Made by a program: the position numbers and the translations under genes
Shown: positions 50,815 through 63,490 of the stretch, piece after piece
Layout: the number at the start of each line of letters is the position of its first letter
Position numbering within the stretch: position 1 is the first letter of the stretch
From: Podarcis tiliguerta
Lineage: Eukaryota
Assembly (NCBI GenBank): GCA_965153285.1
Contig: OZ229122.1
Length of the DNA: 64,000 nt
Reading direction: 5' to 3' (one strand)
The notes under the pieces: model-generated
The model's input: the letters and a program-made list of their open reading frames with translations, nothing else
Told to the model about the DNA's origin: nothing
Databases searched by the model: none

Positions 50815-50931
50815 GGAGCAGAATGAAGTGGGCATAATAAATTCAGTCTCACAGTTCTTCAGCTAGGCCCAACACAATGATGTAGCATAAAGAGGGAATG
50901 GTGCAACCCAGAAAAACAAAATATGAGGATG
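50815..50931 (-). pseudogene. Decayed duplicate of the TM7/C-tail/post-stop end of exon 6 in the 3' flank of F
   Basis: Translates FLGCTIPSLCYIIVLGLAEEL, versus [16 protein letters not shown] in intact genes; ggagcagaatgaag is also repeated from the post-stop sequence. Confidence 0.7.
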
Positions 50932-50947
50932 TAATAAAATATAGGTG

Positions 50948-51031
50948 ATAGAGATAGATGATAGATGATAGATTAGATAGATAGATAGATAGATAGATAG
51001 ATATAGATATAGATATAGATAGATAGATAGA
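50948..51031. repeat. (TAGA)n-type microsatellite after the gene F stop codon
   Basis: Read directly. Confidence 0.9.
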
Positions 51032-51064
51032 TTTGGAGCAGAATGAAGACATAGATATATGCTT

Positions 51065-54000
51065 TCATTTTATTTTCCTTATTAATTGCTCCTTGTTGTT
51101 TAGCTCAGGTCTCAAAATAATGACATAACATTTAGGAGAAAAAATGCAACACAGTAACCCAGAACTGGAAGACAAGATGGAGAAGATTTCCACAGCTACC
51201 ATGTATTTTCCTTTGGTGCTCAGGTAGGTTGGAACAAAGGAAAGCCACACACTGCAAAACACCAACATGCTGAAAGTGATAAATTTGGTTTCATTGAAAC
51301 TGTCAGGTAATTTCCTAGCCAGGAAAGCCACAATGAGGCTGACGATGGCCAGGAAACCCATATAGCCCAAGACACAATAAAACATGGTAGCTGAACCTTC
51401 ATTACATTCTAGTATGATTTCTGTCTTTGCTGAGTGCATGTCTTTGTCTGGGAAAGGAGGGGAAGTACTTAACCAAAGAGTACATATGGCAACTTGAAGA
51501 AAGGAGCAGGAAAGGATGATAGAATTTGTCAATCTTTTCCCTATCCATTTTCTCATTTTTGAACCTGGCTTGGTTGCCATAAATGCCATAACCACAGTGA
51601 TGGTTTTTGCCAAAATGCTGGAAAGAGCCACAGAGAATATGAAAGCAAACAGTGATTGTCGGAGAAGGCAGATCACATTTCCAGGCTTCCCAATAAAGAG
51701 TAAGGAGCTGAGGAAGCAAAGGAGGAGGGAGATGAGCAGGATGTAGGTGAGGTTCCGGTTGTTGGCTTTAACTATTGGGGTCTCTTTGTGCTTCATAAAA
51801 ATTCCAAGAACTAAAACGGTGATCAATGAGAAAGCAATAGTCAAGATTGCTAAGATGATCCCTAAATCTTCTTTGTAAGAGAGGAAACTTAGAACTTTAA
51901 CAATGCATTTTGTTTGGCCCTTGTTTGGATGTTGGTCTTCTGGACATTTGATACAGACATCCATATCTGAAAAAGTGAAGAGTGTTGAAGAAGTTGACCA
52001 ATTTCTTTCCAAAGCAGTCAGTTCTGAGAGGAAGTGATAGTTCTCCATTTGTGTTATTATAGTCATTTGAATCACTCTAGGAGAAAGGACTTCCATATTT
52101 CCACAGGATGACAAGGTTGTCATAGGAGATAGTGGGATAAAGCATCATTTTAAACACTCTTGCAGTACTTTGTAGTTTTAACAATATGCTTGCTAAAACT
52201 CCTATCTGTAGTTTTAACAAGCATATTTTTGTTGGTGGCAGTCTGCCCCCATAAACACTCTAGCCTCAACATTTTACAACACCTGTAGCATCTACTGAAC
52301 TTCTGTTAGCCCCACATAGAGCACATTGGAATAGATAGATATTGAGGTTGCTAGTGCATAAATAATTGTGGTCATATTATTCCTATCCAAGAAAATTGAT
52401 AATTAAAATATCAGCTGCAATTTTCAAGCTACCAGAGTTGGACCCAGGAGCACCCCTAAATGACAAACCTATTATTTCAGAGTGAGCCATCCAGAATACA
52501 GAACAGACCAATCTCCCATATATGGGAATCACCTACTTACAGTGTTTTGTTCTTCCCAGGGTTCAATCTCACTTTATAGACTGTCATCACTTTGCCAAGG
52601 AAATAGTTCAGATCATATACAGCTTATCCTGAATTAGACTTTATGGAGAAATACAGCTGTGTGTCATTAGCTTATTGATGACACTTTGCCCAAACTCCTA
52701 ATAACCAGTCCTAGCAGCTTCATGGGCCTCAACACTGGGGACAAGGACCCCATAGAACAAGGACCATGCTGTTATCGGGACATAACTCTTTAGGTAGGTT
52801 AGAGATACTCCTCCATCTGCCCCACCACACCCTCTTCACCATCTTCCCAAGATGATAATATTCATGTCCAGAAAGTAGTCATTATAGGGTCTAAGGTGGG
52901 CTTCGACAGAAATGGATGCACCACCATAAGTTTAAGGTCAATTGGAACAATTCCATCACACAGAGACATGTTCACCACACCTGAGATCCATCTAGTCAAC
53001 CCTCTGTCTAATTGTCCTTCATCAGCTAGGAAGGACACATACCAGTTGAGCAAGCTGCTCATCACATCATTGCAAGGGTTCGCAGCATCAGGCCACATAC
53101 ACTGAAATACTCATCCAATATTTGATCCTATGGGTTGCGACAACAATGTATTTTTTAATGTATTACTACATTTATATACTCCCTTTCAACCTATAAAATT
53201 TGTATTGCAAACTACATTTAAAAGTATTCAGGGCATATGCACTCTCCAAATATAACCATTATGTTGTGTTATGAAAATGTTTTGGTATCACTATATATTG
53301 TGCCTCTTACCCTTCTTGACAGAGATCATCCCTTCTGGACACTGAATACAATCATAGCAACAAAATTTCTCTCCCTCTTTCTTTTTCCTGCTATAGCCAG
53401 GGCAACAGTTGTCATTGCACACAGAAACAGGCATCACCTAAGTGGAATAATAAATGGAAGATGAGCAATAAGAGATTAGCTTTCCTCATTCATCAGTTAA
53501 CTACCATCTGATTTGAATCATGTGATAGGGGAATGAGGACAAAGCATTTGGCACAGCTTTGTATCACTCTTCCCACTGCTTGGAAAATTAATGTGTGCAG
53601 TGGGGAGCCATCTGTATGAATGTCTACCTGCATCAGCCATGACTGCTCTGTGCATGTTCCAGAATTCAACATGAATAGAGAAGGCTGTCCACTACAGCAA
53701 ATTAGTCCCCTGGTGTTTTCTAGGAACTACAGTATAAACTCAAGTATTTGCTAGTAAATTTTACCTGATTAAAACTTGGATGCCATTCAATTTGGTCATC
53801 ATGAATGGTTAATTCCTTGCCAGAAGGTGCCTGAGGTTCCAGTCTTCCAACTTTTACTCTAACAACAGATCCATTGGGGAACATCAACCAGTTTGTAACA
53901 TCAAAACCTGCAACTATTTCTCGATTACTGTCAAAGCGCACAATGTCTCCAGCACTGTTATTAAATAAGATGCTCTTAAGAAAATGGTGGATCTATGTTA

Positions 54001-57000
54001 AAAGAGGAGCAAAAGATGGAGTTAATTTTGAAATTATTTCAGGGAACTTCACAAAGGTATGTCATATTTGAACAGTAGATGCAATGATTTGCTCCCTCTG
54101 TCTGCCATGTCCATCCATTTGATTCCAGGGATGGCCATTGGTTTTAAAACACCAGAGTCTTACCTATAACCAAAAAGAAATCTGCATGCATTTTAATGTA
54201 ACTGATTTATGCAAACTTACACTTCCTTCTCCCTCTGGTTCCAAAGCTAGGCTACTTTTTAAACAAAAGTATTGATGTGTAATTACCTGCCACAGTTGCA
54301 TGTTCCGAAATGTCCATCTCTCTCCCAATCTTTTGTGTTTGGAGTTGGATTTGTATATGGCCTGCAAAGCATGTGCCACAGCATAGACAGCATTGTAGAC
54401 ATTGTAGCTGTGGCCAGTCATGTGCATTTCAAACAGAATCCCAGGAAGGCTCTCCAGTGTCTCCTCTCCAGTACAGGTTTTCTTCTTCTCTTCCTCCTGC
54501 TCCTTAGAGGCTTTGAATGAACAAGTAAATGCCTGTTCCCAGAAGTCCTTTATAAAACCATCTTTTTTGGCCCAGAAAGGTTTTAACATCTGAATGAACC
54601 TTTGGAATCCTAATATCTTATTTGCATGAACTGTAAAGGATATGGAACCATGGAAAGTCTGTATTTCCCAATTCTTCTGAACAGAGAGTGATGCAAAATC
54701 CCAGTGGGATGTAATAATCCATACTTTACCCAGAGGTGGATATTCCATTAAGGGTGCTACAAGCAGCATTAATCTCAAAACCTGAAAGGATGGAGGCTCT
54801 CCATAAATAAAAAATACTCTGGGGTTTTGCTCAAAGACAATTGCATAATTTACTGAATGCTGTAAACCATAGTCCACCATCTCATCCACATAATTCCATT
54901 TTGGTATTCTTACTATGAATGCATAACAGATGCCATTCTGGGAAAGCATGGGCACAATTGCCTGTAAAAACCTGTCCCCTTTGTCATCATCCACAGCCAC
55001 GAGCCCAATCCATGTCCATCCAAAATGCTGAAGTAACCGTGCAACTCCTATATGCTGGTAGGTTTCATCTGGGACCATCTGGTACAAAAATGGAAATAGA
55101 AGTTTTGTACCTTGTAGTGGCAAAAATGATCCATAGGTGAGCTGAAATCAAATGCATAAGCATTTTTTTAAAGGATGACATGATCATTCTTAATTATTGA
55201 ATCACAGAGGTGCAGGAGTTATTTGGGTCATATGTTCTATCATCCTCTGCAAATCAAAAGTTTAAAGATTTGCAAGAGTTGACTGCCCAGCCTCTGTTTG
55301 ACGAACTATTTTCTCTTTCACAGCAGTAATTTTTTAACTTGTCTGAATTAATTTTAAGATCTATTTTAATTAATTGATGTCTGTTTTTATGCATATTTTG
55401 TTGTTTTTATGATGTTAGCCGCTCTGAGCCCGGCCTCAGCTGGGGAGGGGGGATACAAATTCTTCTTCTTCTTCTTCTTTGTTATTATTTGTTATTATTG
55501 TTATCATTATCACTATTTTTTCATCATGAACCACACTAAATCACTTATCTCATGCAACAGATTGGGAGAGGCAATGCCACAAACTTGTCCTTTGTCAATC
55601 ATGACTTGAGTTTCTGCCACGGAGCTGTATTGTCAAAATGAGCACACCCCACCAGGTGCTGTAGCTTGAGCTCCTGCTGGGGCACTATATTGTCAGGTCA
55701 GTGCCCTGCAATGCCATGGAACACTGCTTTCATGCAACTGAATCCCCACCCTCAGTGCAGATGTTGGGTTTGATGCTTCACAGCAAAACTGGCAGCAACC
55801 TGGCAGAGCCACTGACCATCGGTTTTTCTTCTGACTGAAGTTGAAAAGGCACCATGCTTCAAACAGAAGAGGAAGAAGTGCTGGTAGCTGCCTGGCCAGA
55901 CGATCTACTGCTGCTGACAACTGACTAGGCTGGCTGCAACCATTCAAAGACTGAGGCTGGGCCACATAGGGAGACTACTTACATTCACCAAATATTGGCT
56001 GGTCGACTATCGCAAGGAATTGCTAACTTTTAATATTTAGTAAAATCTCCCAAGACAATCTTGGGAGAGTCTTGGATCAGCTTCTTGGAGGCATGTGCAG
56101 TACGTTGGGTCAGCACTGCTTATGGGGTGTAGGTAATGCTAGTCCAGTATCTTATCAAGTAGAAAAAATGCTTGTTTAATGTTCAGCCAGAATCTCGTAC
56201 TTCTCGTACCTGGCAGCAGAGACCATTTTTTGCCCTCTTTCATACAACAGTCATGGAGGTATGTGAGAAGTACCACACTCTCTCCACTTAGCCTATTCTG
56301 GTGCACACTAAATCTACAAAGTTCTTTTAAACTTCCCTTAAATGGCTTATTATTGTCCATTAAACTTTAATTAGTTTAATGTTAAGTAAACGCCCAGTGC
56401 GCTTCCAACGCCATAAATCTTATCTCAGCAGAGAATTTCGTGCAGCGGTTGAAGAAGGCAGGAGAGTCAGTACCTTTCAATGAAGAATCCTGGAGCAAGC
56501 ACTTTTGGAACTCAAAAAAACCCCCACTTTATTTACAAAAGAAAAACCCTGGCGATAAAGCACACATGCTTTATCTCCGGCATAAAGAAAACTTTACTCT
56601 AAACTTAACTCATATCAGCAAACACGCCCATGGCCACAAACTGAGTCTGCGAGTCAGGTCAAAAAGGGGGCGGGGGGAAACACACGGGTGAACTGACTAT
56701 TTATACAAACTAACTCACATTGCTGGATGCTTAATGACTTCCAGCTGCTCAGTGATTAGAGCGACTTGTTACCTCTTAACCCTTTAGTACCAACAATTAT
56801 CCATTTCAAATTCATTACCCTTCTCTGAACCCATTCCCTGAAATAAAGATTCTGTACCAGAGAGGTGAAATCTCCATATCCCCATGCACACAGCTTACCT
56901 GTGGAGTCTTTCGGGTTGATGAAATGACGGCAATATTGGCAGAGATTTCAGAGATGCATCCTCCAATGAGAGCTATCAAATTATTCTGATTGTCACAAAT

Positions 57001-57644
57001 GAAGTTGGGGACAAACCTATGTTGTGTGGAGTGAAGGTTCAGGGTAGCTTTATACGTCATTCTTGCAGTGTAGTAACTATTGAGGATGTGGAATCCTAGA
57101 GAGATATTTGATAAGATGTTGGGATTCTCATTGATCTCTTTGACAGCAAATGCTAAGGCCAATATATGCTGGTAGTTCTTTGGCACAGATCTGTAATAAG
57201 AGTAACAGCTGTTTAATAAAATTACAACGTGTGTTTGTTTGTTTTTGTATTCTTTGTCCTTGCTCATCTGCAGGCACCCAAGTCACTTTTGTGACACTAG
57301 AAAGTAAATAAAGAACAGCATTCCTTAATAATAATGGTCTGCACAAATTAAAAATTGGGTGAGAGATAAATAATATTGCCTTACATGGGCTCGTTAATCA
57401 AGATCTGTGTGGGCTGTTCCATGAAACTGAGATGGTTATAGAGGAAGACAACCTGAGAAACAATGACACCAATGATAAGGTTTCCTGGCTGGTAAAATTC
57501 ATGAGGAATAGGGACAGGATCATCCAATATGCTGCAGTTAATAGAATGTGTCTTACATACAGAATGACACAGCAGTGCAAGCAGCAACACAATCACTAGC
57601 ATGATCCTGGTGAGAAAATTTTGCCTCCAAACATAGATTCCCAT
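51065..57644 (-). CDS. V2R gene F, complete, ~887 aa; exons 57385-57644, 56899-57190, 54287-55141, 53765-53992, 53311-53437, 51065-51966
   Basis: V2R motifs; exon 5 reads [36 protein letters not shown]; spliced length 2664 nt in frame; intron 1 is only 194 nt. Confidence 0.94.
52560..53110 (-). mobile_element. Old L2-like LINE fragment
   Basis: [26 protein letters not shown] and LRINCM-like RT remnants. Confidence 0.65.
56380..56795 (-). mobile_element. Solo-LTR-like element in gene F intron 2
   Basis: TGTT...AACA termini; minus-strand TATAAATA (56698-56705) followed by AATAAA (56528-56533); TSD unclear. Confidence 0.55.
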
Positions 57645-57967
57645 GCTTTCAAATGCAGCATTGCATGTGACTGTTAGTAGTTTTGCTACATCCTTGAATG
57701 CTGAATGATATTGTTGCTAGACAGGTTTACCACATGTCTAGTTAGGGAATCAGTGCTCTGAGATCCTGGTTGCATGTTTAGAAACATCATCTTATCTGTC
57801 CGTGTCCCCAAACACTGCATTTCTTGTATATCCTCATTTCATTGTGTAAAGAGGAGTGTCTGAAATCTACATACAGATATCTTTATGCATCATGAGCAAA
57901 ACCAAAACACTAACTTTAACCCTCAATCTGTATTTCAAAGGAATGGAATGTACATGCTATTATTTCC

Positions 57968-58172
57968 AAAGCCCAGCCTATGCCTAGATCAAATTTAGAT
58001 TAACACAAGGGTTTTATATTTCTCTTCAAATGCTGACTGTTGATCTTGCTTACAGGCTCTGGAATCTCCAGTGGGCCAGAGGATAGAAAGCAGTAATTTT
58101 CTGAGTGATAAGAATGATAATTGTTTCACCAATGTGCTGTTGGCCTTTGAGGTTGCATCATTCTTGACTAGG
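57968..58172 (-). promoter_or_regulatory. Conserved upstream element of gene F
   Basis: Homologous block; CAAATG at 58027-58032. Confidence 0.55.
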
Positions 58173-58294
58173 ACGTTATTTTTTTTCTAAATTTTGCAGC
58201 TATACTTCTTTGAGAGATTATATGTAGCACATAGCTGAGTAAGTGCAGGACTACAATTCAGTTCCCCCGTGATTCCTATTTCACATAATGTGAA

Positions 58295-58437
58295 TGGACT
58301 CTCCTTCCTTGGAGGTTTTTATGCAGAGGTTGGATGGCCATCTGCCATGGATGCTTTAGCTGAGATTCCTGCATTGCAGGGGGTTGGACTGGATGACCCT
58401 TGGGTCCCTTCCAAGACTATGCTTCTATGATTGTATG
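58295..58437 (+). mobile_element. CR1 3' end
   Basis: ggaggtttttatgcagaggttggatggcca...ggggttggactggatgacc...ctatgattgtatga. Confidence 0.8.
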
Positions 58438-59394
58438 AATGCTCCAGTTTAAAATCACAGCCTGAGGAATTTTATCATGTTTATGGCTCCATGTTCTTTA
58501 ACAGATCCCTTTCCAATTTTGTTTGTCCTACTTATTGTTAATATTATGACAATTATTAATTTGCTGAAGCAAAATATATTTGGCCATACAGAACTATCAC
58601 AATTTGATTTTCTTGACTGGGCAGGATGGCCTGAAGGTGTGGAGGGTTAAATTGATCTCCTTTTCGTGATCTTAGGAGTAACAGCAACCTTTCCTCTTTG
58701 CAAGTTTGGTGGAGATGTTAAGTTTTCCCACTCCTGACATATTCTAGAGGACTTAGGAGGGAGGGAGTTCTGTCCAGCATACATTGCTCTTCTCTTGAAA
58801 CCTTAACTGATGTGCAGAATTCAGTGCTGACCCAGAAAATTGAGACAATTAATCGTGAGTGCCCTCACCCACTTAGCACAGCTTAAACATTTTGAGATCA
58901 TTCCCCAGAACTGAAAATGATGAAGTGAACCGAGAGACTGTTTATAGACCCTGACACACACCTAGAGTTTATATTATGTATGATTTTTATTTATTTATTG
59001 GATTTATATGCCACCTTTCTGTTGAGGCACCCGAAGTGGTGTACAATTTCAACATTAAAACAGACACATTATATAAGCTGAAGATTGACAGAGTCCTTTC
59101 ATGCCAACTGGGAGCTGATGATATAGGTGCTTCTTGCTTCTGCCTTGCCTCATGTTACACAGTTCTTCAGCAGTCCCAGGGAAGTTGGGGTGGGACCTGC
59201 ATCAAAAGTTATGAAAAGTAAGGTGGTATGCTAGGGGGTTTGTGGTGATAGGGCAGGGGATAAGCTAGCCACCCTTTGTTTCCAATGGTTATAAATGGTC
59301 TGCATTAATTTATTGAGGAGTTTTAACTTCAATCTAAATTTATGCTTCAATAATGGAAAAGCAGAAAATGGAACACCCTCATTTCTTTTAGATT

Positions 59395-59700
59395 CTAATC
59401 CCATCCGTCTGGAAAATTAGGAATAGTATGATGGAAGTGATTTGACAGATAATATGTTACTAAATTGGATAGGCCCCAGTCATCATCTTCAGGAAAATAC
59501 AAATTTGGCTTGTTTTTACGGGGTTTCTTTTTCTGAGCAAATCTAAAAGTTTTGTACAGCAATAGATTTTGCAATAGATTTTCTGACATCCAAAGTGGAA
59601 TTGTTTGAAATAGAAAACTTACTTTTGGAAAAATAATCATTTTGGTGACATTAATCTATCTATGATAGAAAAACTCTCTTTTTTTCTGGCACTGAATATC
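59395..59700 (-). mobile_element. L1/Tx1 ORF2 remnant
   Basis: IIFPKVSFLFQTIP...WGLSNLVTYY motif. Confidence 0.55.
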
Positions 59701-60861
59701 ATTGAGTATCATCTGCCAAACTAGGCTGTATTTATCCTTTCTAGTAATTTGGATGTCAGGCTTGGGTCTCTCCCCCCCACACAAAATGACTCCGGCAGTT
59801 AATTATTTTAGATTTATTTGTCAATTAAGAAGCCTCAGTTGGAGTTCAGCTAATTTCAGTCCTCCTCTGATGACACAGTTGCTGGAACTGAGGTCTGCCC
59901 CCTTTTCCCCCAACAGGAAAAACGCCACCTTCTCTTCCTGTTAGTTTTGTGCTTCTCAGTTAATCTCGTGAGTCCACGAGATCGGGGAGATTGCACTCCC
60001 ACTATTTCTGTCGGTATCACTATCTGACCTTTGTAGCTGCATTTCTGCATTTGTGCCTCTTTGTGTACAAAGGTCAAATTCCTGTGGCTGACTGATTCTC
60101 CCCACTCTCACCTCCAAGTAGAGTTAACCTAGTAGTATCTTTTCTGTGAGGGATCAAGGGGCTAAAACACAAGTTCTACAACCTTTGTAGGAAAAAGAAA
60201 CTTGTTCACTATGATAGCAATGTCTTCTATATGAACAATTATGGGGGATGGAACACAGGTAGTGTTCCTCTCTCATTTGGGAAAGATCTCTCAACTGCTA
60301 CCCAGGGGCAGCCCACCCATGAAGTGGGGTGAAACGGCCATCTCAGGTAGCAGAAGCCCATGAGGCAGTGCCCAAACTCCACCACTGTCACCACCACTGG
60401 CAGAGAAGCAGAGCCAGTATTGGCACCAATTTCCGATGAGATCTCATGAGATTTTACCAAAATCTTGCGAGATCACACAGGGAGTGAGATATCTCATGAC
60501 ATGTTGGTGAGTTCTTATGAGATCTTACAGGAAATAGGTGCCGATGCTGGCCAAGGAGGTGACAGAGCAGGTCAAATGGCAGAACCAGCAGCACTTCCCA
60601 TTTTACCTCAAGTAGTGAAATGGGATGCACCACCCATGATGCTAAATAACTGCACACTAGGCACCAAAGCTAGATATTTCTCCTCAGAAATCAAGTAGCA
60701 GTCACCTAGAAGGGGGGGGGGACTGGACTAGTAGAATGAAGGTGGACAGGCACTTTGGTGACATGGGTCTGTCTCAGCTCTACTTGCAAGAATTCTCTGA
60801 GGGATGCTTGCTTAAACAAGCGCCTATGCAGTACTTGCCAACTCCAATGAAAATATATACA

Positions 60862-61035
60862 GGAGTAGAAAGAAGAAGTGGACATAATAACATTCATGAC
60901 AATGTTATCCATATAGCTTGTTTTCTCTAGATCTATTATACTATTCATTCTCTCAGTTATTCAGCTGGACTCTAACACAATGATGTAGCATTTAGAGGAA
61001 AAGATGCAACCGAAAAGGCCAGAATGTGATGATAT
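60862..61035 (-). pseudogene. Decayed duplicate of the TM7/C-tail end of exon 6 in the 3' flank of G
   Basis: Translates SGLFGCIFSSKCYIIVLE; same position relative to the stop as the relic behind F. Confidence 0.72.
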
Positions 61036-61108
61036 AATGCAAATGACTTATACAGCAAAGTAAATATATGTTTATTCAGGAGCAAAATGTAGTTGTGGAC
61101 ATAAGTTT

Positions 61109-63490
61109 TCATTTTATTTTCCTTATTAATTGCTCCCTGTTATTCAGTTCAGGCTTCAGTGCAATGATGTAGCATTTAGGGAAAAAGATGCAGCCCAGTA
61201 ACCCAGCACTGGATGATAAGATGGAGAATATTTCCACAGCCACCATGTATTTTCCTTTGGTGCTCAAGTACGTTGGAACAAAAGTCAGCCAAACACTGCA
61301 AAACACCAACATGCTGAAAGTGATAAATTTAGCCTCGTTGAAACTGTCAGGTAACTTTCTGGCCAGGAAAGCCACAATGAGGCTGACGATGGCCAGGAAA
61401 CCCATATAGCCCAAGACACAATAAAACATGGTAGCTGAACCTTCATTACATTCGAGTATGATTTCTGCCTTTGCTGAGTGCATGTCTTTGTCTGGGAAAG
61501 GAGGGGAAGTACTTAACCAAAGAGTACATATGGCAACTTGAAGAAAGGAGCAGGAAAGGATGATAGAATTTGTCAATCTTTTCCCTATCCATTTTCTCAT
61601 TTTTGAACCTGGCTTGGTTGCCATAAATGCCATAACCACGGTGATGGTTTTTGCCAAAATGCTGGAAAGAGCCACAGAGAATATGAAAGCAAACACTGTT
61701 TGTCTGAGAAGGCAGATCACATTTCCGGGCATCCCAATAAAGAGTAAGGAGCTGAGGAAGCAAAGGAGGAGGGAGATGAGCAGGATGTAGGTGAGGGTCC
61801 GGTTGTTGGCTTTAACTATTGGGGTTTCTTTGTGCTTCATAAAAATTCCAAGAACTAAAACGGTGATCAAGGAAAAAGCAATAGTCAAGATTGCTAAGAT
61901 GATCCCTAAATCTTCTTTGTAAGAGAGGAAACTTAGAACTTTAACAATGCATTTAGTTTGGCCCTTGTTTGGATATTGGTCTTCTGGACATTTCACACAG
62001 GCATCCATATCTGAAAAATGAAAAAGAATGGTTCAAATATTTCTATAGATTGACATACATAATTATAGAAATTACAAATTCCAATAATCCATTTAGTGTA
62101 AAGCTTGCTGTTGATGGCTTTTTCTTCCTCTTTTTAAAAAGTGAGTCAGAAATTCTTGTTGATGTACTCCAAATAATCAAGAGATCAGCTAGTAAAGTAC
62201 AATCAATAGAGTAAACCACAGTAGTGTTTTTTTGAGGTGAACCAGCCAGAACTCTACACAGTATTTCAAATACAGTCACACCAAATAGTTGTATGATAAC
62301 ACTTTGGTATCTGCAGTTTATTGTGAAACCCTTTCCCCGTCTATTCTGGAAAAGTGTAACATCTGAAGCATAATAGCTGAACAAAAGCAACTGAAGTTTA
62401 AAAGTAGCTCTGCTTGTTTAGAAGCCTGTAACATCCATTAGAATTAGTATAATTATTCCTAGGGTAACTTTTTCCTAATAGAACATTGCCTCCTGATAAA
62501 TCTTTTGTTTTATCAGCTTTGTTATGTTAAATAAATCTTTCTTATTTGTTCAACTCCAAGAATCTAAGATTTTCCTCATACAAAATCCAAAAGATAACCT
62601 GTGGTGGTTAAAAATGTATTTATAGGAGTCATATGGAGTCAGGGTTTGCCACAATCGGTGGAAGTGGTGAGATTACGCTTCATTTGTTATGATTCAGGTA
62701 TATGTTACAGGTTTCTAGACTAGATGGAAAATGCTCAGCTTATTTGGAATTATTTTACTCCAGTTCCTTAAGTTAAAGTAGTTGCATGTTACAGCTTAAT
62801 AATTTGGTTCTTAGAATCATAGAATCATAGAGTTGGAAGAGACCACAAGGGCCATCGAGTCCAACCCCCTGCCAAGCAGGAAACACCACCAGAGCACTCC
62901 TGACGTATGGTTGTCAAGCCTCTGCTTAAAGACCTCCAAAGAAGGAGACTCCACCACACCACAACCTCCATACTCAACTTCCTTCACAGCTAAATACTTT
63001 GGTTCTTAAACAAGGTGGTATTTCCTGTCAGTTACCCAACCTTTTAACAATCACACTCCTGAGGTACTCCAAATAGTATCACAGATCCAGGGGATCACCA
63101 CACCACCTCTTAACTGGTTTGGGAGTCTTTTTCTAGATGATCTTTACAATCCCAACTTGGATGGCTTTAAAAGTGAATTGGAGAAATTGATGAAGATTAG
63201 GAGTATCAATGATTACTACAGTTGGAGACAGTGTGCTTCTGAATACCAGCTGCTGGAATTGACTGGAATGAGGAGTGCTCTTGTGCTTGGGTCGTACGTC
63301 TCAAATCAAATATGGTAAATTTACAAAAGATGAATGATATCACATTACATAATTGTCTCTTACCCTTCTGGCCAGATATCATTCCTTCTGGGCATGGAGC
63401 ACAGTCATAACAGCAAAATTTCTCTCCCTCCTTCTTTTTCCTACTATAGCCAGGATAGCAGTTGTCATTGCACATGGAAATGGGCAGCAC
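61109..63490 (-). CDS. V2R gene G, partial; exons 5 (63364-63490) and 6 (61109-62010); upstream exons lie right of the window
   Basis: 127-nt CRD exon and intact 902-nt 7TM exon with GT-AG boundaries. Confidence 0.92.
62811..62960 (-). mobile_element. CR1 3' end
   Basis: tagaatcatagaatcatagagttggaagagaccacaagggccatcgagtccaacccc. Confidence 0.85.

Noticed and set aside
60420-60530. Repeated gagatctc palindromes as a CRISPR-like or regulatory array
   Set aside because: Irregular spacing and degenerate units; more likely a DNA-transposon interior, and the DNA is eukaryotic.
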